Of a stretch of DNA of 64,000 nucleotides, positions 1 through 9,238 are shown piece by piece (within the stretch, counting starts at the first letter, position 1; every line of letters starts with the position of its first letter). Under the pieces are notes generated by a model that was not told where the DNA came from, did not search any database, and saw only the letters and a program-made list of their open reading frames with translations. The position numbers were made by a program, and so were the translations under genes. Origin of the DNA: a virus; the IMG/VR virus record IMGVR_UViG_3300043464_001711, positions 1 to 64,000 of that record. One strand, 5' to 3'.

Positions 1-173
1 CTACAGGAAAACCAAAAAAAATTAAGACACAGTATCTTGTAGATGCTATGACTTGTACTGAAGCTGAAGCTAGAACACATCAATACCTAAATGGTACTGT
101 ATTAGATTATGAGATTGTATCAGCAGTAAAATCTCAAATTGAGGATGTTATTAAGGTTGAGGTTACAGCTTAA
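1..173 (+). CDS. DUF4494-like protein, 3' end (partial)
   Basis: Frame from nt 3 reads TGKPKKIKTQYLVDAMTCTEAEAR...VEVTA*; YLVDAxxxTEAEAR is the DUF4494-type motif seen in Bacteroidota and their phages. Confidence 0.7.
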   Translation, partial: TGKPKKIKTQYLVDAMTCTEAEARTHQYLNGTVLDYEIVSAVKSQIEDVIKVEVTA

Positions 174-228
174 TCTTTTTTCCAATAAAAAAATTAAAAG
201 ATTCACAGAAATGTGAGTCTTTTTTTTT
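128..228 (+). repeat. Direct repeat copy 1 (3' end of the DUF4494-like gene plus terminator)
   Basis: About 100 bp, near-identical to 1286..1386. Confidence 0.9.
197..228 (+). terminator. Intrinsic terminator
   Basis: AAGATTCACA-GAAA-TGTGAGTCTT followed by a T-run. Confidence 0.8.
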
Positions 229-256
229 GTGATATATTTATAAATAAAAAATTGTT

Positions 257-1231
257 ATGAATAAAAAATTAATAAGAGAAATGAGATTCATGATGGAGAG
301 GTTAGAATCCCCTAGAATGACTGATTCAGAAGTTCAGAAAAAATATAAAAAATTAAATGAAACTGATGATTTTGATTTTCTTAGAGATGATATTAATGGT
401 GAAGAGTTAAGAGATTTAATACTTAAAAATGAGTTAACAACCATCCCCTTTGAAAGGGTTGCCGGGGATTTAAATTTGGAAGGTACGAAAATTCAAAATC
501 TTGGCAAACTGAAGAGTGTTGGGGGTGGTTTAAAACTTGAATGGTATAGTGGGATTAAAGATCTCGGTAATTTGGAGATTGTTGGGGGTTATTTAGTTGC
601 GAATCGTTGGCTTACAAATCTCGGTAATTTGGAAAGTGTTGGTAGTCATTTAAATTTGGAAAATACGAAAATTGAAAATCTTGGCAAATTAAAGAATGTT
701 GGGGGTTATTTGAATTTAGCCGGAACATCAATTAAAAGTCTCGGTAACTTGGAGAGTGTTCGTTGGGATTTAAATTTGGAAAATACGAGAATTAAAAGTC
801 TCGGTAATTTGGAGAGTATTGGGGGTGATTTAAATTTGGAAAATACGAGAATTAAAAGTCTCGGTAATTTGGAGAGTATTGGGGGTAATTTATATTTGGA
901 ATACACCAAAATTGAAGACCTCGGTAATTTAAAAAGTGTTGGGGAGGACTTTTTTTCGGTTGATGGGAGAATTAAAAGTCTCGGTAATTTGGAGAGTGTT
1001 GGGGGTCATATTGAATTTGTTGACACCCCAATTGAAGACCTCGGTAATTTAAAAAGTGTTGGGGGTTCTTTTATTTTAGATAGAAGTAGGGCTAAAATTA
1101 AAAGTCTTGGTAATTTAGAGTTTGTTGGGGAGGATTTATATTTGGTTAACACCCCAGTTTCAAAAAATTATTCAAAAGATGAGATAAGACAAATGGTCCG
1201 TGTTAATGGAAATATTTATTTAGAATTTTAA
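257..1231 (+). CDS. Leucine-rich-repeat (receptor L-domain-like) protein with N-terminal leader
   Basis: About 11 copies of a 20-aa unit LGNLESVGGxLxLxxTxIxx. Confidence 0.85.
   Translation: MNKKLIREMRFMMERLESPRMTDSEVQKKYKKLNETDDFDFLRDDINGEELRDLILKNELTTIPFERVAGDLNLEGTKIQNLGKLKSVGGGLKLEWYSGIKDLGNLEIVGGYLVANRWLTNLGNLESVGSHLNLENTKIENLGKLKNVGGYLNLAGTSIKSLGNLESVRWDLNLENTRIKSLGNLESIGGDLNLENTRIKSLGNLESIGGNLYLEYTKIEDLGNLKSVGEDFFSVDGRIKSLGNLESVGGHIEFVDTPIEDLGNLKSVGGSFILDRSRAKIKSLGNLEFVGEDLYLVNTPVSKNYSKDEIRQMVRVNGNIYLEF
466..1150 (+). repeat. Coding tandem repeat, ~60-bp period
   Basis: 781-840 and 841-900 differ at only 2 nt; ctcggtaatttggagagt recurs. Confidence 0.9.
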
Positions 1232-1285
1232 GTAATTAATGATTTAATTGAGTTACCAATTAAAAAGATAAAAAGGTAATAAATA

Positions 1286-1386
1286 AAAATCTCAAATTGA
1301 AGATGTTATTAAGTCTGAGGTTACAGTTTAATCTTTTTTCCAATAAAAAAATTAAAAGATTCACGGAAATGTGGGTCTTTTTTTTT
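1286..1386 (+). repeat. Direct repeat copy 2, including terminator
   Basis: Matches 128..228 at offset 1158. Confidence 0.9.
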
Positions 1387-1813
1387 AATCCCTATATTTT
1401 TCAGGTAAACCTACTTTATCTGCTATCTTATCAAATAAACCACCATGTTCTTTTGAATGTGATATATTTTTTCCGACAGCCGCATGAATCAATTCATGTG
1501 TTATTACCCATCTAAGATATTCGATATCATCTAAGGCTTTTGATTTAATACCCATCATACCATTTTTACCTTTACTTGGGTGGTCAAATCCGGCTATCTT
1601 ACCATCAATTATATTATCATCTATTTTAATTTCTATTGTAGGCAAATCTAATTCTTTACCTGTTACTTCTAGGTAAGCGTTTTTTATTTTTTTTTCAATA
1701 GAGTTTTTAAGTGATTTAATTTTTTCTAAATCCCCTATTTCTTTATTTAAATGGGGGTTTTTTACTTTTTCAGAAATAATTTCTTTAATAATATCAGATA
1801 AAATATAATTCAT
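1385..1813 (-). CDS. SprT-like zinc metallopeptidase
   Basis: HELIH zincin motif followed by HGGLF. Confidence 0.7.
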   Translation of the reverse strand: MNYILSDIIKEIISEKVKNPHLNKEIGDLEKIKSLKNSIEKKIKNAYLEVTGKELDLPTIEIKIDDNIIDGKIAGFDHPSKGKNGMMGIKSKALDDIEYLRWVITHELIHAAVGKNISHSKEHGGLFDKIADKVGLPEKYRD

Positions 1814-1950
1814 ATAAAATAAATATCAAAACTTTTTAAAGAATCTTTTAAAAAAATAAGTCTTTTCCACACTTATAACATATTTATTTGAAAAACACGC
1901 TTTTTAATGCGCTGTTTTTTCAATAATAACAACCAAAAAAACAAAAAAAA

Positions 1951-3183
1951 ATGGCTGAAAAAAGAAAGTCTATCATCGACGAAGCTTTTATGGAAGCAGA
2001 AAGTATCGACAAAGCTTTCAAAGCCAACGCGAAAGAAATACTGGCTCAAACAATGAGTTCAGAAATTGAGGAAATGGTAAAAGAATCTTTAAAAGAAGAT
2101 TGGAAAGGCTTAGAAGAAGACGAAGATGAAGAAGAAATTGAAGATCTAGAGTTTGATGACTCTGATTTAGCTAGCTTAGACGCTGGTGACGACCTTGACT
2201 TAGACCTTGGGGATGATGAAGAAGGGGATGACCTTGATTTTGACCTTGGAGATGACGAGGACGAAGATGTTGTTGTTCATGACCTTACTGATGCTAATGA
2301 CGAAGAAGTTGTAAACGTGTTCAAAAAAATGAGCCCTGAAGATGAAATCGAAGTGGTACAAGATGGTAATAACATTGACATCAAAGACAACGCAACTGGT
2401 GCTGAGTACAGAATAGAACTTGGTGGTGAATCTTATGAAAGTGAAGATGAATCTGATTTTGAACTTGAACTTGATGGTGAAAGTGAATACGAAATGGAAG
2501 ATGAACTTGACATGGAAGATGATGAAGAAAACATGGGAGAAGGTGTTATTTACGAAATCCATTTAGATGAGGAGGATGACATGAGTTACATGGATGATAA
2601 CATGGATGATAACATGGATGATGTTAAAGAAGCTTCTCGTACATTAGGTGCTGGTAGAAGATTTGGTAAAAAAGGTTTAGATAAACCAAAAGCTGCTCCA
2701 CGTCACTTAAGTCAAAATGAATCTACAACACCAAGAGTTTCCGGTTTAATTAACGAAAACAAAGTTCTAAAAGAAACAATTAGTTCTATAAAATCTGAAA
2801 ATGAAACTTTAAAAGAAGACTACAATAAAATGGTAGACGCTCTTAAAGAATTCAGAAATAAATTAAACGAGGTAGCGGTATTTAACAGCAACCTTACTTA
2901 CACTGTAAGATTGTTCACCGAACATTCAACTACTAAAGACGAAAAGGTTGATATCATCAAAAGATTTGATGAAGCGGGATCTCTTAAAGAATCTAAAAAC
3001 ATTTACAAAAATCTAGTTAAAGAAATCTCTAAGACAAAAGCCCCAATCAAAGAATCGATTGAAAACAAAATCAATGAGACTAAAGGTAGTGGTTCAGCAA
3101 CACAAATTACAGAATCAAAAGTTTATGTAAATCCTGAGTTTGAAAAAATGAAACAACTTTGGAGTTACGATTATAAAAAATAA
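1951..3183 (+). CDS. Prohead core scaffolding protein (T4 gp22-like)
   Basis: Very acidic, coiled-coil C-terminus, many [LI]xE sites, directly upstream of the capsid gene. Confidence 0.75.
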   Translation: MAEKRKSIIDEAFMEAESIDKAFKANAKEILAQTMSSEIEEMVKESLKEDWKGLEEDEDEEEIEDLEFDDSDLASLDAGDDLDLDLGDDEEGDDLDFDLGDDEDEDVVVHDLTDANDEEVVNVFKKMSPEDEIEVVQDGNNIDIKDNATGAEYRIELGGESYESEDESDFELELDGESEYEMEDELDMEDDEENMGEGVIYEIHLDEEDDMSYMDDNMDDNMDDVKEASRTLGAGRRFGKKGLDKPKAAPRHLSQNESTTPRVSGLINENKVLKETISSIKSENETLKEDYNKMVDALKEFRNKLNEVAVFNSNLTYTVRLFTEHSTTKDEKVDIIKRFDEAGSLKESKNIYKNLVKEISKTKAPIKESIENKINETKGSGSATQITESKVYVNPEFEKMKQLWSYDYKK

Positions 3184-3211
3184 AAATAACAAAAATTAAA
3201 ACAAAAAAAAA

Positions 3212-5020
3212 ATGGGATATTTATTAAAATCTGGTGAGGTTGGAAATATCGGATTGAAGCACCAAAAAGCTATCCGTGAGGCAACTGTAAATAAGTGGGG
3301 TGACCTAGGATTCCTAGAAGGACTAGACGGCCACGTAAGAGAGAACATCGCTTTGTTATATGAAAACCAAGCATCTGTTCTTATCAATGAGACAACTGAC
3401 ACTGCTGGTGGAGCATCTACTGGTTCTTTCGAAACTGTAGTTTTCCCTATCGTTAGACGTGTATTCTCTAAATTATTAGCTAACGACATCGTGTCTGTAC
3501 AAGCTTTGAACTTACCTATCGGTAAATTGTTCTACTTTGTACCTAAAATTTCTGAAAGAATTGAAACTGCTGGTTTTGCTTCTGGTGGTACTAATCAGAC
3601 AGCTTCACACGGCGAACCAATCGTTACAACTTGTCTTTCTGACGCTTCTTGTAGTGAAACAACTTATAGCTCATGTGCTAAAAATCTTTATGACAGATTT
3701 TACAATGATGGTTTATACGACCAATCAAAAGGTAAAATTACTTTAGTTGTAACAAACGGTACTCCAGTTATTTGGTCGGCTTGTACAGGTGGTGGAAGTG
3801 AATTCGGTCCTGGTGTTACAGCATTTGCTGGTGACGGTTCTGTTAGAACTCAAATTCTTAAATTAATAGGATTTGAAAACGCTGGTCAAGGTAGACTTTT
3901 AGGTCCTGATGGAAATGAAATGGATACTGAAGAATTTTTAGCTTCTTTAGCTGTTACACCTACAGGTACACTTAAAGATAAAGATGGTAAAGTTATTTAC
4001 GCTCCAGGTGATGAAGTTCCTGTAAGAGTTGTAACACAAAGATATGGTAAGGCTATCGCTAGTTACAGTGATATCTGTACAAATGACGGTGTAATGTATC
4101 TTGAAGTAGATTTAACTCACCCTGTATGTGTTGAGTGTGGTGATGGTACTTTTGATGGTTATATCGGAGCTCAATCTGGTACTACAACTATCGTACCTGG
4201 AGCTGGTGTAGCTGATTTAGGTGGTGTAGGTTTCGCTATTACTTATAGAAGATACGCTGACTTAGAACTTGAATCTCAAATGGGTGAAGTTTCTTTCGAA
4301 TTAGATTCTGTAACTGTATCTGTAACTGAAAGAAAACTAAGAGCTACTTGGACTCCTGAATTAGCACAAGACGTTAGTGCATTCCACAACATCGACGCTG
4401 AAGCTGAATTGACAGCATTACTTTCTGAGCAAGTTGCAGCAGAAATTGACCGTGAAATCTTACGTGACTTACGTAAAGGTGCAGCATGGCAATTACGTTG
4501 GGATTACAACGGATGGAAGAGATTGTCTCAAACAACTTCTTACACTCAAAAAGACTGGAATCAAACGTTGATCACAGCTATCAACCAAATTTCAGCACAA
4601 ATTCACAAATCTACACTTAGAGGTGGAGCTAACTTCGTAGTAGTATCTTCTGAAGTATCAGCTATTTTTGATGATTTAGAGTACTTCCACGTATCTAACG
4701 CTTCTCCTGAGCAAGATCAGTATAACATGGGTATCGAAAGAGTAGGTTCACTTTCAGGAAGATATACTATCTACCGTGACCCTTACGCACCAGCGTACTC
4801 AGTGTTAATCGGACACAAAGGTAAATCATTGTTAGATACAGGTTACATCTACGCTCCGTATGTACCTCTACAATTGACTCCTACAATGTACAATCCATTT
4901 AACTTTGTACCTGTTAAAGGTATCATGACTCGTTACGCGAAAAAAATGGTTAATAACAGGTTCTACGGACATATCCGTGTGGATGGTTTACGTACATTTG
5001 ATGTTAGAGAACTACGTTAA
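3212..5020 (+). CDS. gp23: Major capsid protein (T4 gp23 family)
   Basis: FPIVRRVF, IVSVQALNLP, RKLRATWTPELAQD, EIDREIL, YAPYVPL, KGIMTRYA motifs. Confidence 0.97.
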   Translation: MGYLLKSGEVGNIGLKHQKAIREATVNKWGDLGFLEGLDGHVRENIALLYENQASVLINETTDTAGGASTGSFETVVFPIVRRVFSKLLANDIVSVQALNLPIGKLFYFVPKISERIETAGFASGGTNQTASHGEPIVTTCLSDASCSETTYSSCAKNLYDRFYNDGLYDQSKGKITLVVTNGTPVIWSACTGGGSEFGPGVTAFAGDGSVRTQILKLIGFENAGQGRLLGPDGNEMDTEEFLASLAVTPTGTLKDKDGKVIYAPGDEVPVRVVTQRYGKAIASYSDICTNDGVMYLEVDLTHPVCVECGDGTFDGYIGAQSGTTTIVPGAGVADLGGVGFAITYRRYADLELESQMGEVSFELDSVTVSVTERKLRATWTPELAQDVSAFHNIDAEAELTALLSEQVAAEIDREILRDLRKGAAWQLRWDYNGWKRLSQTTSYTQKDWNQTLITAINQISAQIHKSTLRGGANFVVVSSEVSAIFDDLEYFHVSNASPEQDQYNMGIERVGSLSGRYTIYRDPYAPAYSVLIGHKGKSLLDTGYIYAPYVPLQLTPTMYNPFNFVPVKGIMTRYAKKMVNNRFYGHIRVDGLRTFDVRELR

Positions 5021-5050
5021 TTTAACGTAAAAACTAATATTTAAACTCTA

Positions 5051-5078
5051 AAGAGGGACTTAGGTCCCTCTTTTTTTT
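5051..5078 (+). terminator. Intrinsic terminator after the capsid gene
   Basis: AAGAGGGAC-TTAG-GTCCCTCTT followed by a T-run. Confidence 0.9.
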
Positions 5079-5137
5079 ATGTGTATTATTTAAATTTTAG
5101 ATAATATGGTTATATTTATTTATAAACATAAGATAAT

Positions 5138-6553
5138 ATGGCTAGAAAAATAATTATACCTGAAAAAGATATTAAAGAAATAATTAGATTATATACTGAA
5201 GAACTAGTTGGTACCCCCACATTAAGTAAAATGTTTAATTATCATAAATCTATAATTAATAGAACATTAAAAGAAAATGATATTAATTTAGACACACCAG
5301 GTAGACGTTATCTAGGTGGTAAAAAAGTTTCTGATTCTAAATACTATAAAAAAAATAAAAATACAATATTAGAAAGAACTAGTGAATGGGCTAAAGATAA
5401 TAGGCCTCATCTTAGAGAATATCATACTAAATGGAGAGAAAAAAATAAAGAAATTCTAAATAAAAGAAAAAGAGAATATGAGAAAAATAAAAAAGATTCC
5501 GACCCAAAATATAAACTAAGTTCTTATACTCGTACAGCAATATATACTTGTTTAAAAGAACGTAACATTAAAAAATATAATAAAACTTTTAATTTGTTAC
5601 CATACACATTAGAAGATTTAATGTATCACTTAGAAAAACAATTTTCTAATGGTATGTCATGGGACAATTATGGTGAATGGCATGTAGACCACATAAAACC
5701 TATGTCTAGTTTTGATATGATAGAAGAGGGTGATAAAGAATTTTTAGAATGTTGGTCATTAAAAAATTTAAGACCTTTATGGGGTGAAGAAAATTTATCA
5801 AAAGGTAGTAAAATATTAGCACACCAATACAGAATAAGAATAGAAAAGGAAATAGAAGAAAAAGAAAAAATTAATTTTGATTATACAAAAGCCACTTTAA
5901 AAAATTGTATAGTAAAACCAATAAATAGATATCTGTGTGAAAAAATTATAAAAGAATATGAATGGTTAGGGTATTTACCTAAATACACAAAATATTATTT
6001 TGGTATATTTTTTAATATAGATAATGAGGAGGTTTTGGGAGGCGTTGTTGCTTATCAACCAGAATATGGTGATAATATAGGTGTATGGGATAAATATGGT
6101 TTTACCGGTAAAATAATACAATTAAGTCGTGGTGTTTGTTTGTGGTGGACACCAAAAAATTCAGCTTCATTTATGATTTCAAAAACACTTAATTGGCTTA
6201 AAAATAATACTGAATATGAAATTGTTTCAGCCACTACTGACCCTAATGCTGGTGAAATAGGTACGATATACCAATCATTGGGTTGGCATTATGTTGGTTG
6301 TATGGATGGTAATAAGAAAAAAAATGGTGAGGAAATTATTAGATATGGATATAAAATTGATGGTAAAATATATAATCAGAGACATATAAGAAAAATGATT
6401 GGTACCGCTAAAAAAGAAGAAGTTCTAAAACATTTTCCTAATGTAATAATTTTTAATTCAGGTAGAAAAAGAAGGTATTTTAAATTTATTAAAAATGAGT
6501 TTATACATAAAACAACAATATCAAATATGATTAAAAATTACCCTAAAAGATAA
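5138..6553 (+). CDS. HTH + HNH endonuclease fused to a Mom-like (GNAT) DNA-modification domain
   Basis: WHVDHIKP...NLRPLWGEENLSKG (HNH); YEWLG...QLSRGVC...PKNSASFMISKTL...DPNAGEIGTIYQSLGWHYVG (Mom-like). Confidence 0.75.
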   Translation: MARKIIIPEKDIKEIIRLYTEELVGTPTLSKMFNYHKSIINRTLKENDINLDTPGRRYLGGKKVSDSKYYKKNKNTILERTSEWAKDNRPHLREYHTKWREKNKEILNKRKREYEKNKKDSDPKYKLSSYTRTAIYTCLKERNIKKYNKTFNLLPYTLEDLMYHLEKQFSNGMSWDNYGEWHVDHIKPMSSFDMIEEGDKEFLECWSLKNLRPLWGEENLSKGSKILAHQYRIRIEKEIEEKEKINFDYTKATLKNCIVKPINRYLCEKIIKEYEWLGYLPKYTKYYFGIFFNIDNEEVLGGVVAYQPEYGDNIGVWDKYGFTGKIIQLSRGVCLWWTPKNSASFMISKTLNWLKNNTEYEIVSATTDPNAGEIGTIYQSLGWHYVGCMDGNKKKNGEEIIRYGYKIDGKIYNQRHIRKMIGTAKKEEVLKHFPNVIIFNSGRKRRYFKFIKNEFIHKTTISNMIKNYPKR

Positions 6554-6556
6554 TTT

Positions 6557-7009
6557 TTACTTAAAATTATGTGTTAATTTTTTATTACAAGAATTAAAAT
6601 CATAACAACGTATATCATCCATTTTAGCGGAAAAAATTTCATTAGTCTCAACACATTTTACTGAATGGGTAAAATCATCACCCACTTCTATAATTTTAAA
6701 TTCTTTTCCAATAAGATAATCGTGTATTGATTTGAATCCTAATGGGTCTCTTTTAAGAATGAATTTATTACCGACTGTTAAATAATTATTTTGTAACATC
6801 AAAGTTAAAAGTGATTTTAATTCGTCATGTTCTGATTTAAGTCTATTTAATTCATGTTCCTTTTCCCAAAAAGAAATAGCTAATTTTGATTTTTGATGAG
6901 CAGCATCTCTATGTAATTTTTTAAAATGTTTAAGTTCTTTTACAAGATTATAAATAATCAATACAAAAGTTACATTAAAAAATAAAAATATAAGTGAAAA
7001 TAAAATCAT
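6557..7009 (-). CDS. Hypothetical protein with N-terminal TM helix
   Basis: ORF with hydrophobic N-terminus. Confidence 0.6.
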   Translation of the reverse strand: MILFSLIFLFFNVTFVLIIYNLVKELKHFKKLHRDAAHQKSKLAISFWEKEHELNRLKSEHDELKSLLTLMLQNNYLTVGNKFILKRDPLGFKSIHDYLIGKEFKIIEVGDDFTHSVKCVETNEIFSAKMDDIRCYDFNSCNKKLTHNFK

Positions 7010-7317
7010 TCTACATTAATATTTCTTTCGTTCATTACCTCCATTACAGCTTCTCTAACAATATCTCTTACCCTATCTTCTGTTACTATTTCTTGGTCAT
7101 AATAGGTAATTCTATCTTCGTCTACTCTAAAAATATTATCTCCTTGGTGATTATGTAAAACCATATGTGGCCTAAAATTTGTGGTGGTATAATTATTATC
7201 AACTAAAACAGTGGTAATGGTATCCACATTTAAAATATTAGTATTAAATGGTATTTCATATTGTAAAATGGGTCCACCAGTTAAAAAATTGTGTTTTTGT
7301 ATTTGTTTTCTTATCAT
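7006..7317 (-). CDS. Hypothetical protein
   Basis: ORF, 4-nt overlap with the next gene. Confidence 0.6.
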   Translation of the reverse strand: MIRKQIQKHNFLTGGPILQYEIPFNTNILNVDTITTVLVDNNYTTTNFRPHMVLHNHQGDNIFRVDEDRITYYDQEIVTEDRVRDIVREAVMEVMNERNINVE

Positions 7318-7362
7318 ACATAAAATATATAATAAATAAGGGGTTAATTAAACCCCTTTTAT

Positions 7363-7539
7363 TTACTTCTTGAAAACCTCCAAATAATTAATGGCATAAG
7401 ACCTAACCTTTTCACCCAAATCATAATCATTTGGATTTTCAAGAACCAATTCTTTAATGTGATTAATCATATTATCATAAACATCAATCAAATCACCTAT
7501 AGAATTAACATTTTTTATATCTGATTTTAAGTTCTCCAT
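7363..7539 (-). CDS. Small hypothetical protein (58 aa, not in the ORF track)
   Basis: MENLKSD...ENPNDYDLGEKVRSY...KK*; starts 1 nt after the upstream stop and is followed by a hairpin at 7338-7360. Confidence 0.7.
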   Translation of the reverse strand: MENLKSDIKNVNSIGDLIDVYDNMINHIKELVLENPNDYDLGEKVRSYAINYLEVFKK

Positions 7540-7540
7540 A

Positions 7541-8281
7541 CTAGTCTTTAATACCTTTTTTATTTGCTACTTCTTTGTTTGTAAGACCGTTCTCAAGTCT
7601 ATCGTTAATGATATTCATGATATCACTACCCAACATACCATAAACTTTCATGGCGTTACTAACATTCATTTGAGCGTCAACAACATCCCAAATTGTGATA
7701 CCATCTGATTTATTACGGTCATTATGGAACGCTACTTTGGAGAAAATATTATTTCTTGCCTCACCCTCTTTTATTGATTTATCAATAACATATACTAGGA
7801 CACCATTCTCAGTGTATTGTTTAAAGTATTTGCCATAGTTATGGTCTTCACTTGCTACACACCATTTAGTGGCTTTTCCGTATAGGTTAGAACTACGTGT
7901 AGAAAGAGGGAAAACAACCAACCAACGGTCATCCTCATAAAGAACCTCAGTTTCTTTTTTCTTAACCTCAGAACGAGTGATTTTTTCTTTAGCTGTTTTA
8001 ACTGCCTCAATAATGTCTTGATTAGATTCGTAAGAATAGATATCTTTATTATCCAATAAATTACGTTGTGAAAGGTCTTCAAAATCTTTTATTACCTCAA
8101 ACATTTCTTTAAATGTTTCATTACGTAATTCGTTATTAATCCACTCTACCCATTCAGCGGTACATTTAATCATGAACGGGAGGTATTTATTGGACTTTGA
8201 TGGGTCCATGGTAGCCAATACATCAATTACGTCAATTGTGTAATTTGGGTTTTGTGTCTTTAGGTCTTTAACTCTTGCCAT
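7541..8281 (-). CDS. Conserved phage protein (PcfJ-like YGxxTKWC motif)
   Basis: LYEDDRWLVVFP...YGKATKWCVAS. Confidence 0.6.
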   Translation of the reverse strand: MARVKDLKTQNPNYTIDVIDVLATMDPSKSNKYLPFMIKCTAEWVEWINNELRNETFKEMFEVIKDFEDLSQRNLLDNKDIYSYESNQDIIEAVKTAKEKITRSEVKKKETEVLYEDDRWLVVFPLSTRSSNLYGKATKWCVASEDHNYGKYFKQYTENGVLVYVIDKSIKEGEARNNIFSKVAFHNDRNKSDGITIWDVVDAQMNVSNAMKVYGMLGSDIMNIINDRLENGLTNKEVANKKGIKD

Positions 8282-8313
8282 ATTTAAAATATTTTTTCTA
8301 AACTTTGATAAGA

Positions 8314-8345
8314 CAAATATATATATCTTTTTTTAATCTATCAAA
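8314..8345 (-). promoter_or_regulatory. Bacteroidota-type sigma-A promoter (-33 TTTG / -7 TAnnTTTG)
   Basis: Minus strand TTTG-N20-TATATTTG upstream of 8281. Confidence 0.7.
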
Positions 8346-8375
8346 GGGTTTGGGTAAAATTTTTATCTTTTTGTT

Positions 8376-8384
8376 GATATTTAT
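8376..8384 (+). promoter_or_regulatory. Putative late promoter GATATTTAT (representative copy)
   Basis: The same motif precedes ~15 genes on both strands; see findings. Confidence 0.65.
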
Positions 8385-8401
8385 ATAGAAAGTAAATTAG
8401 T

Positions 8402-8806
8402 ATGAAAAAAGTAGTTAGATTAACTGAAAACGATATAGAAAAATTGGTTCAAAAAATCATCAAAGAAGAGGGTGAAGAAAAAATAGAACATCTTAAAACA
8501 AGTAAAGGTGAATTGTCAACCATTGATAATATCATTAGTGTTATGAATCAGGCCAAATCTTCTTTTGAGGATTTATGTAAACAAGTTACTGGTTCTGACG
8601 GTTATTCAGGTGAAATAGACGGAATATTAAAAGATTTCGGTAAATTAGAACAAAAACTTCGTGATTCTAAACAAACTGTTGGTAAGTTTATCCAACAACA
8701 AACACAAAAAGTTCAAAAACCAAAAATGGACGAAAAAAGAAGAATGATGTATATGGCTCAAGAAAAGTCTAAAATGGAAGGTAAAAATTACCACTATAAT
8801 AGATAA
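8402..8806 (+). CDS. Hypothetical helical protein with leader MKKVVRLTENDIEKLVQKIIKE
   Basis: ORF preceded by the late motif. Confidence 0.75.
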   Translation: MKKVVRLTENDIEKLVQKIIKEEGEEKIEHLKTSKGELSTIDNIISVMNQAKSSFEDLCKQVTGSDGYSGEIDGILKDFGKLEQKLRDSKQTVGKFIQQQTQKVQKPKMDEKRRMMYMAQEKSKMEGKNYHYNR

Positions 8807-8811
8807 AAACC

Positions 8812-9204
8812 ATGAGAAGACAAGATAAATATAAAGTTATTTTAGAGGCTAATCAAAGATTAGAAGAAAAGTTTTTAAATGAAAAAGCTATAGGTTTTAA
8901 AACTGCTGGTGATAATAGAGATAAAAACACTGGTTCAGAAAAGACTAAATTAGGTTTTAAACCATCTAAAGACCTTGAAGATAAAATCATTAGTCTAATG
9001 GTTAAATTGAAAGCTATGTCTGAAAAGGGTGAATCAGGTGAAAAAGATACCGCTATGAGAAAACTTAATGACTTAGCTAAAAAATACGGTATAAATACCT
9101 CAAACTTAGGTGCTAAAAGTTCTAAGTTAGGGTTTAAATTTTCTTGGGAAGATGGTGATTACGATATTAAAGATATCACTAAAGAAGTAAATAAATTAAA
9201 TTAA
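8812..9204 (+). CDS. Hypothetical protein with DUF2786-like helical hairpin
   Basis: KLKAMSEKGESGEKDTAMRKLNDLAKKYGI. Confidence 0.55.
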   Translation: MRRQDKYKVILEANQRLEEKFLNEKAIGFKTAGDNRDKNTGSEKTKLGFKPSKDLEDKIISLMVKLKAMSEKGESGEKDTAMRKLNDLAKKYGINTSNLGAKSSKLGFKFSWEDGDYDIKDITKEVNKLN

Positions 9205-9238
9205 AAAAAAAAGGTCTGATTTCTCAGACCTTTTTTTT
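9203..9238. terminator. Bidirectional terminator
   Basis: A-run GGTCTGA-TTTC-TCAGACC T-run between convergent genes. Confidence 0.9.

Noticed and set aside
466-1150. CRISPR array or DGR from the 60-bp repeats
   Set aside because: The repeats are in-frame coding units without unique spacers; no reverse transcriptase or adenine-specific TR/VR pair was seen
1297-1515. 72-aa ORF on the + strand
   Set aside because: It runs through the duplicated terminator and antisense to a better gene
2589-2621. 12-bp tandem repeat (MDDN) in the scaffold gene
   Set aside because: Ordinary in-frame slippage in a low-complexity acidic linker
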